A stretch of DNA of 29,363 nt from Chiloscyllium plagiosum. Lineage: Eukaryota. The notes below the pieces were generated by a model that saw nothing but the letters and a program-made list of their open reading frames with translations, was not told the origin of the DNA and did no database searches. Shown piece after piece: positions 22,686 to 29,363 of this stretch. Position 1 is the stretch's first letter, and each line of letters starts with the position of its first letter. Location of the stretch: NCBI RefSeq assembly GCF_004010195.1, contig NC_057718.1, positions 103,571,946-103,601,308 of the forward strand. Direction: 5' to 3'. Position numbers and translations under genes: made by a program.

Positions 22686-24439
22686 TCGCTCCGTGGCATG
22701 GTTTGGGAAAAAAGGAGTGAATGCAACAGGAACTCAGCTACTGAATCCTCACGCCCCAGTCCAGGGACGGTCCCGTTTCTACACCAACGCTGGCCTCAGG
22801 CAGAGCTCGCGCACTCTCTCTGCTTTCTCCAGCAACTCTTTCCAGCCGATTCCTAACGGACCAAGTGTTTGCTGTGAAATGTTCACTGGTGAGGCCTGAA
22901 ACTGGGTCAACTCCATTCCGGAGTGGCCGCGGAGTCGGTCAGAGTTTCCCTGTGGAGGGAGAGAGGGAGGACTTCGGGAGTCTATAACAATAGCAACCAC
23001 CCCCCTCCCAACCACCTAAGAAATGCCAGCCTGAACAAGGGACAGTAACTCCTGCCACAACCCAACACAGAAGTAAACATGTGTAGTCTCCAAATAAATT
23101 ACATTTCATTTTTTTTTCTTCTGACATTGCTGTGAGATATTTTCAGTTCAATTCATTTGATTATATTTTTGCCAGAGGGTAGACATTAAAAATACATCGC
23201 GGATGGGTTAATCTCGTGAAATTTACAGCGCTAATATCACCAATCAGGACCTAATGGGAAGGAGAGAGCTTTCAGTATGTTTTTAAAAAAAAGACATGAT
23301 CGGTGTGAAGCACAATTTTTTCCCGCATTATTTTTTGTATAAACTTTTCTTCACAGACACTCGTGAAATCAAAACCACAAAATATAAACTAGCCTGATTT
23401 CTGCTGTTAGCGAAGAGTGGGAAGGGGAAACTGGGGATGCTTCTCTGGGTAGGAATCTTTGCTTCAATTAAAACTAGAGGTCTCCTTACTGTTATTCTAA
23501 GCAGGATGTAGCTATAACTTTTTGTGTGCGAGTATCCAGCGCCGGTGCAGTATTTTCCCCGGGTTTAATTAGAACACAAGTGGGAATGAAACGTCTGTTC
23601 AGAGTTGGAAATAGGTGCATTTTTTTTAAATCCTTCTTATCCGTGGAACATAATGAACAGGGAATCCCGCTGAATCTGAAATCACTCGTTCAGGAGTATT
23701 GTCTATCTCCTTGTGATCTGGGGAGTGTGAGAAAGCGGATGTATTTTCCGGGTACCCTCCCTGTCCTGAAGCGGTCATTTCCACCCCCCACTAAAACCGT
23801 CCCCAAAATTCTCACACGCGGTAAGAAGTGAAGATGATAGTCCTGACAATAACCTCACGGTGGGATTGTTCAGAGATCGCTGTGTCATTCCCAGCCATCT
23901 CCAAACTATATCTGATCACAACTGCTTGTCCCGCAAATACCCCGCGTTTGTGCAGCATTTGAAGCAGTTTAATTTGGAAACATGTGGGAATGAGAGTCTT
24001 GTTCACAGTCTGAACATGGGAAAATTTATCTGTATGATTTTTTAAACTACATGTACAGAGATAGACAGAAAGCAGATTTGACCAGACTTTGTGAGCTGAC
24101 ACTACCCCATATCCCAAGAGTTCTGTACATCTTGCTAACTCTGTTTAAAAATGCTGTGATCCCCTCGCGTTGTTTCTGGGGTATGAGGAGTAAATGTATT
24201 TCCAAATATCACAATGTGGGCGCGGAGGGGGCAGGCTGTAAGGGCTGGCGAGGATGTCCTGTCTCCGTGTGGGGCTGCACTCACTTGAAAAGGAACCGTC
24301 ATATCGAATCCCTACTCTGGATCAGCCGCCTCTCTCTCCTCCCGTTCACCAAGGGCAGCTGGAAGTGTCAGGGATTCCCTGGGATCCCTCCACTCTCCCA
24401 CCCTCTTATTCCCCCTCAGCAATTGCCTTTCCTCAAAAA

Positions 24440-24650
24440 CGAAACCGTCCCCAAATCTCAAAGCTGCGGGACGGAGCTAGTACCGCGTTCCCAAGGCGCC
24501 GGCTCCTTTCTGCAGCGTCTGCCCGAGTCGAGTGCGCTCTGACTGGGCGCCTGCGGGACACGCTCCCGCCCCTGCTTTAGACCGAGCCGCCGCTACAGAC
24601 AGAAAGTCTGAGAGCAACTCACTCACCCCAACCCTAGCGTCTACGCTTCC
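24440..24650. promoter_or_regulatory. CpG-island-like segment with GC box
   Basis: Dense CpG (ccgcgtt, ggcgccgg, cccgagtcgagtgcgc, gggcgcctgcgg, ccgagccgccgc) and CCCGCCCC near 24565-24572. Confidence 0.55.
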
Positions 24651-25183
24651 TTCAAACAAAAAAATCAAATAGAAAAAAAAACACAAAGTTATCGATCACT
24701 AAATTCCACCTTTTTCTTTTGTTAAAGTGTGGGGGACCGAGGAAAAAGGCTCACACACACAGTCGGCCCCACAGCAGCCGAGTTGGCACTTCAGTCTCAC
24801 CGAAGCTAAAGACAAAATTCTATCCCTTTCTCTCTCTGCAACCCCTACATTACAAACACCATCATCTCAAACACCATCCAGGTCAGCAGCAGCTCCTTGT
24901 ATTATTTTATTAAAATGACGCCTCAACCACAGCAATGTCCTGAAGGAAACAAAGAGGGAAAACGACCACAGGGAAGAGGGTGAGAAAAAATATTATCGGG
25001 TCAATTTTACAACCATCAGTCCACACACACACACCGGCACAAACAACCGGGCAAGCTTCAGTACATAATGTCATACATTCTTTCTGACTAAGATTCAAAG
25101 GGGTCTTGACAATATGCAAATAACCAGCAGTCAAACAGCGACAGTAGGTATTCCGTGTCCCCCCCCAGCAGCTCTGGCCGTAC

Positions 25184-25336
25184 CTGATCTGTGATATTAA
25201 CTGATGAAGACCTGGTGATTTCCTCGTTGTCCGATTTGGAACCGCCTTCCCTCTCATCAATGACTAGGTCAATGGGCATTTTCCCTTTCAAGCAACTGAT
25301 GTACCGGTGGCAAAAATTGTCACATAATTCGTGCAC
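25184..25336 (-). CDS. MEIS1: MEIS1 coding exon 6 (153 nt); CDS continues beyond the left edge of the window
   Basis: Acceptor ccaattgtag|, donor CAG|gtacgg. Translates [58 protein letters not shown] and ITRS are MEIS1-type. Confidence 0.95.
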
Positions 25337-25870
25337 CTACAATTGGACGATGACAAGAAAATAATAAGGGAAACAATACGCGAGAAAATACATATTTCCT
25401 TTTTCAACAAATTCATTCTAGTGGAAGTGACAAGTCCAACTCAGGACTGTGTGACTCGGGTTTCTCAATAGTTGGAAGCACTTGTGAGTGCCCCCCACCC
25501 CCTCCCTCCCTCCCTCCCTCCCCCCAAGAGACACACGCATCAAGAATTTGGAATAACCGACAAAATAGAGATATCGGTGCAAAATTGGCAGTGACAAGAT
25601 GATTCACAGCTACAACGCACTCAACACCCCGTGTTAAATTTGCCTGCTCCCGGGGCTGTGCCCATTAGACGTTTGACCTGCATGAATGACATTTAAGGTA
25701 AACAGTTTAATTTCGTCTCGTTATTTCATTATAAACCTCTGAACAATTTCGGGCGCACGAAAATGGGATGTGTAGGATGGCACAGCTCGACACTGCTCAC
25801 GTCTTCAATAAGTACATATGTCCTGGGAGATTTGAACCATAGGAAACTGCTTACACTTTCTGTCACGCCA

Positions 25871-25886
25871 CCCCCCCCCCCCCCCC
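25871..25886. repeat. Poly-C run (poly-G on the MEIS1 strand) in intron 5
   Basis: 16 consecutive C. Confidence 0.85.
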
Positions 25887-26301
25887 AATAAAAAGTTGGA
25901 TTTGTCATTTAGATTTGATTAAAATATTCCCCGCGGACTAACAGGAGAAAATATTATGATTTCCCGCCTAATTATTCCGATTGTTGACATCTTTAGATCA
26001 TTTGTAACGTGTGGGCTCGATGGGGGGAGAAAGTGAGGATTTATGTTTTTTTAAAATAAAAAAAAATGGAGCTGATCAAAATTAAACCCCACAGCGAGAT
26101 TAAAATGAACAAAACGGCGGGGCGTTTGTGGTCAGGGGTTTTAGTGGAATGAATTGTAATCAAAGAACAAGAGAAATGTGAGGCAGGATTGGCTTTGACA
26201 CTAATTACGAACAAGCCAGACCAAGACATACATGCAAATGGTGCTCGCACTGAGCAGTAATGTTTATAACTATCCAGCAGCCAGAGCAAGGAAGTACGTA
26301 C

Positions 26302-26352
26302 CTTCTCTAACTCCAAAAGGTGAAACCTTAACACTTGTATGGCTTGAATCAT
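26302..26352 (-). CDS. MEIS1: MEIS1 coding exon 5 (51 nt)
   Basis: Acceptor cctttcag|, donor AAG|gtacgt. Translates MIQAIQVLRFHLLELEK. Confidence 0.96.
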
Positions 26353-27395
26353 CTGAAAGGAAACAGGTAAATATCTATTAGCACCCGGAAACGCACGGGG
26401 TTGGGAAACTTCTTATCCTGTTCCCCATTTTTAAAAACAGTTGCAATAGCAGAATCTTTAGTATTCCCTCCGCGTGAGTGTTTGGGAGAGAAGGGGGCAG
26501 GCACGCTCGAGTTGGCTGGTCTGCAAAAACAGGCAATATCATCACTGTTTGTTCCTAAAACCCCACTCCCCAGCCCCCAATCCCCCCCATTCCCAGCTCC
26601 TCCAGCTCTACTGACACCAACGCCAACAGTCTATATTAACCACACAGGCATGGAACAGGCCGACTAGCGCGCACACACACGAACACGCTTCCCCTTTCTC
26701 TTTGCTGCCTCTTAGAAACCCTATAAACTTTTATTCTCTTTTTTAAAAAAGTAGAAAGGAGTCAGTTGGGGGGTGGAGGGAAAGTGTGCTGTTGTGTGTG
26801 TGTGCGTGCGTGGGGGGGTCAGAAAGATTTAGCTTTCTTCAGAAAAATAAAATAGAGCGACTCCTTAAATTCATTAGGCCAGATTACTCCTCGCCACCAC
26901 ACACACACACACCAACCCTTCTCTCTTTTTTTTCTCGCCCTTCTCCCTCCAACCCAGTCAATTTAAAGTCAGAACCGAGCCCTGAATATTAAGGAATCTG
27001 CGCCGGGACTCGAAATTTCACGACAGAGGCCAAAAAGCGAAAATTAAATGAAATATATATTTAAAAATCACGCCTCATCTTCAGTGGAGTGACAGCCATA
27101 CAATAACTGAGTCTGATGGTTATCGTCCTGACAGTCATAGCTATCACAAAATCAAAAAAACGCAGATTTGCAATGGATTGTAACGATCACTTTTTTTCGC
27201 TCTCTCTTTTCTCTCGCTCACTGCCCTCCCCTAAACATGCGGCTGCATTAAACTGACAATAGATTCCCAGCCGTCTCCCAAGAAGTCCTGACAATTTGCC
27301 ACGATAAATATATATTTGTTTTGGTTTTCAGTGGAAACGGTTTCACGAGCTTTTCTACAGCGACTTCCCTCTACTGAATAAGCGGCCAGGCTTAC

Positions 27396-27446
27396 CAAAT
27401 TATCCAGCTCAGGGTTGGAGGAAAATAGAGGTTTTTCTGCTCGAAT
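27396..27446 (-). CDS. MEIS1: MEIS1 coding exon 4 (51 nt)
   Basis: Acceptor cccactttag|, donor TTG|gtaagc. Translates IRAEKPLFSSNPELDNL. Confidence 0.96.
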
Positions 27447-27920
27447 CTAAAGTGGGAAGATAAATACAATTGTCACTTTCCCCCCCGCTCCGCTCCTCTG
27501 AGTCGATACATTCAACTAGATTTACAGACTTCCAAAAATCTAATATCACACATTAGCGACAAGGATATTTTACCCAGTATTAGCCCAACAGATAGCAAGT
27601 GACTTAATTTCAAAAGGAACACTTTATGATGCATTAACAACTTATTTCAAACAATTAAAAAAAAAAAAAATATTCACAATTAAAGTTAAACTGACTGCGT
27701 TTTCACTGGTAGCAGCAACGTAAATTAAAATGGTCCGATTGTGGTCGGTTTCTACCACTGTCCCAATTCGCATTTTGACACCGTTTTAATTTGATATTGT
27801 TAACATCTTCAGTTCTGTTTGTCGGCACAAAAGGCGCTCTGTGTAAATCTGTGCTGAACTCTGCTGCAGACCAGGAGAAACTGAGTCTAGTCCACTGAAA
27901 TTACTGCTACTTTTTCTTCA

Positions 27921-28130
<210 letters not shown>

Positions 28131-28674
28131 TCAAAAAAAAGGGGAAAGAACAAGGCAAAAGGAGATTCGCTTTTGGGCGATCTAGACGGTACAGTATGAA
28201 CTTTTGTATAACTTACTTGTTGACTGTAGGCTTTACATAAATTACTGGCGTTAAACGTACCGATTGGGAAAAAAAAACACCGCGGTCCCTTCTAACTCTT
28301 AGCAAGTCTGTCTCTCTACCGAGCAAGCCAGAAATTAGGAACGAAACGGCCCAGAAATAACCTTTTAAGCAGCCATTTTGGACGCCAATTTTTTCTTTTA
28401 ATAAAAATACGTATAAAAATATCCAATATCATGTGTGCGCCTCTGAGTTCTCCTGATATTTACAATGGTAAATGAAATTTAACTCACTCCTAGAGTTCTT
28501 TCACAGAACGTCAATTTCGTACACAAGCCGAGGCGAAACTTTGTCGGTTTTTTTGTGTGTTTAGCATTTTGTTTGAGAATTTCAATGAAAACTAACATGT
28601 CACGTGTAAGGTCTCTGCCGTTGGTCACAGAATAGCGTTGAGGAACTCATGGTCAAAAGGTGTCAGCTACCTAC

Positions 28675-28901
28675 CCGTAAATCGAGTCTTTATCTCTCTT
28701 TAATGCATCGTTTACCGAGGAGCCCATGTTTGGTGGCATGGTATTAGCGTGGTTAGTGTGCGGATATTGGTGGCTGTGCAGCGGTGGCCCGTGGTTGAGA
28801 TGGTGCACAGGTTGCAGAGACCTGGGGGCGTGAGGGTCACCATACATTGTTGTCGGTATCCCTACTCCGTCCATACCACCGTAATGTGAGATTTCGTCAT
28901 A
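28675..28901 (-). CDS. MEIS1: MEIS1 coding exon 2 (227 nt)
   Basis: Acceptor ttttggatag|, donor GG|gtaggt. Translates [94 protein letters not shown] and MGSSVND match MEIS1 rather than MEIS2 (GVGVP, LHATQHYG, MGSAVND). Confidence 0.96.
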
Positions 28902-29170
28902 CTATCCAAAACGGAGAGAGAAGGAGAGAGAAAGCACCGTGAGGAAAACGGGGAAGAAATCGTGTGTCAACAAAGTTACAGGCACAAAGCGCGCACGTTT
29001 GCAAATCGACCAACTTCCTGACAGAACAGAGGCGCGAGAAAATACAACCCCACACACACATACACAGAAAATTAAAACTTTTCACAGGCATCTAAATGTA
29101 GCGCGCTATCTGCAAATGGATCGCGTTTAACACTCGCTTTAGAAAACGGACCAGTTCAAAAAGTACTCAC

Positions 29171-29182
29171 CCTTTGCGCCAT
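29171..29182 (-). CDS. MEIS1: MEIS1 coding exon 1 (MAQR)
   Basis: Minus strand reads ggccg ATG GCG CAA AGG|gtgagt. This is the MAQR start of vertebrate MEIS1/2, followed by a strong GT donor at 29170. Confidence 0.95.
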
Positions 29183-29363
29183 CGGCCTGTGTCCCTGTGT
29201 AGCAGCTTCTGTTAGAGTCTGGAAAGGGCCAGTATCAGGCAAAAACACACAGTCCAAAGCCAGATCAAGATTTCCTCAAAGTGCCTTCTGTAGATGATCA
29301 GCTGTGTGTGTGCGTTGTGTGTGTCTCTCTCTCACACACACACACACTCCCCCCCTCCCTCCC
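29183..29363 (-). other. MEIS1: MEIS1 5' UTR / exon 1 non-coding part (TSS not defined)
   Basis: Directly upstream of the ATG. No upstream ATG seen on the minus strand. Contains dinucleotide runs. Confidence 0.6.
29304..29347. repeat. Compound (TG)n(CT)n(CA)n microsatellite in the 5' UTR region
   Basis: tgtgtgtgtgcgttgtgtgtgt ctctctctc acacacacacacac. Confidence 0.85.

Larger units (their letters stand above)
1..25183 (-). other. MEIS1: MEIS1 intron 6 (partial, >25 kb)
   Basis: Follows the exon 6 donor. By eye I found no sequence encoding the expected exon 7 peptide (PSWNRDHDD...GDNSSEQG-like) in 1-25183. Confidence 0.75.

Noticed and set aside
26041..26301. Read-through tails of the ORF-track entries covering exons 5 and 6 (also 25088-25183)
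   Set aside because: MEIS similarity stops exactly at the GT donors, so the remainder is translated intron.
29080..29091. Alternative micro first exon ATG CCT|gtgaaa in intron 1
   Set aside because: Weak donor and no supporting evidence from sequence alone.
28675..29182. Assignment as MEIS2 or MEIS3
   Set aside because: Diagnostic residues in exons 2, 3, 4 and 6 ([37 protein letters not shown]) match MEIS1.

Overview
Vertebrate genomic DNA, not prokaryotic. The repeat content looks like a cartilaginous fish, probably a shark (recognised from memory, not searched). The window holds the 5' end of the TALE-homeobox gene MEIS1 on the minus strand. Six coding exons with GT-AG junctions (29182-29171, 28901-28675, 28110-27969, 27446-27396, 26352-26302, 25336-25184) give 636 nt / 212 aa including the MEINOX (Hth/Meis N-terminal) domain. 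I could not find exon 7 or the homeodomain exons, so 1-25183 is read as intron 6 (>25 kb). The distal intron (about 1-19.6 kb) is a mosaic of decayed CR1, L2/Crack-like and Tx1-like LINEs, solo LTRs, SINEs and short Penelope-type elements with hammerhead-ribozyme cores. The proximal ~10 kb has no recognisable transposons and keeps its CpGs from ~21.8 kb. The most interesting stretch is an 8-copy ~40-bp minisatellite (22169-22500) whose unit contains the MEIS motif TGACAG next to M-box, nuclear-receptor half-site and SOX motifs. About 110 bp further on is a CCAAT-GC-TATA arrangement pointing antisense into MEIS1. This is a candidate autoregulatory antisense module and remains a hypothesis.
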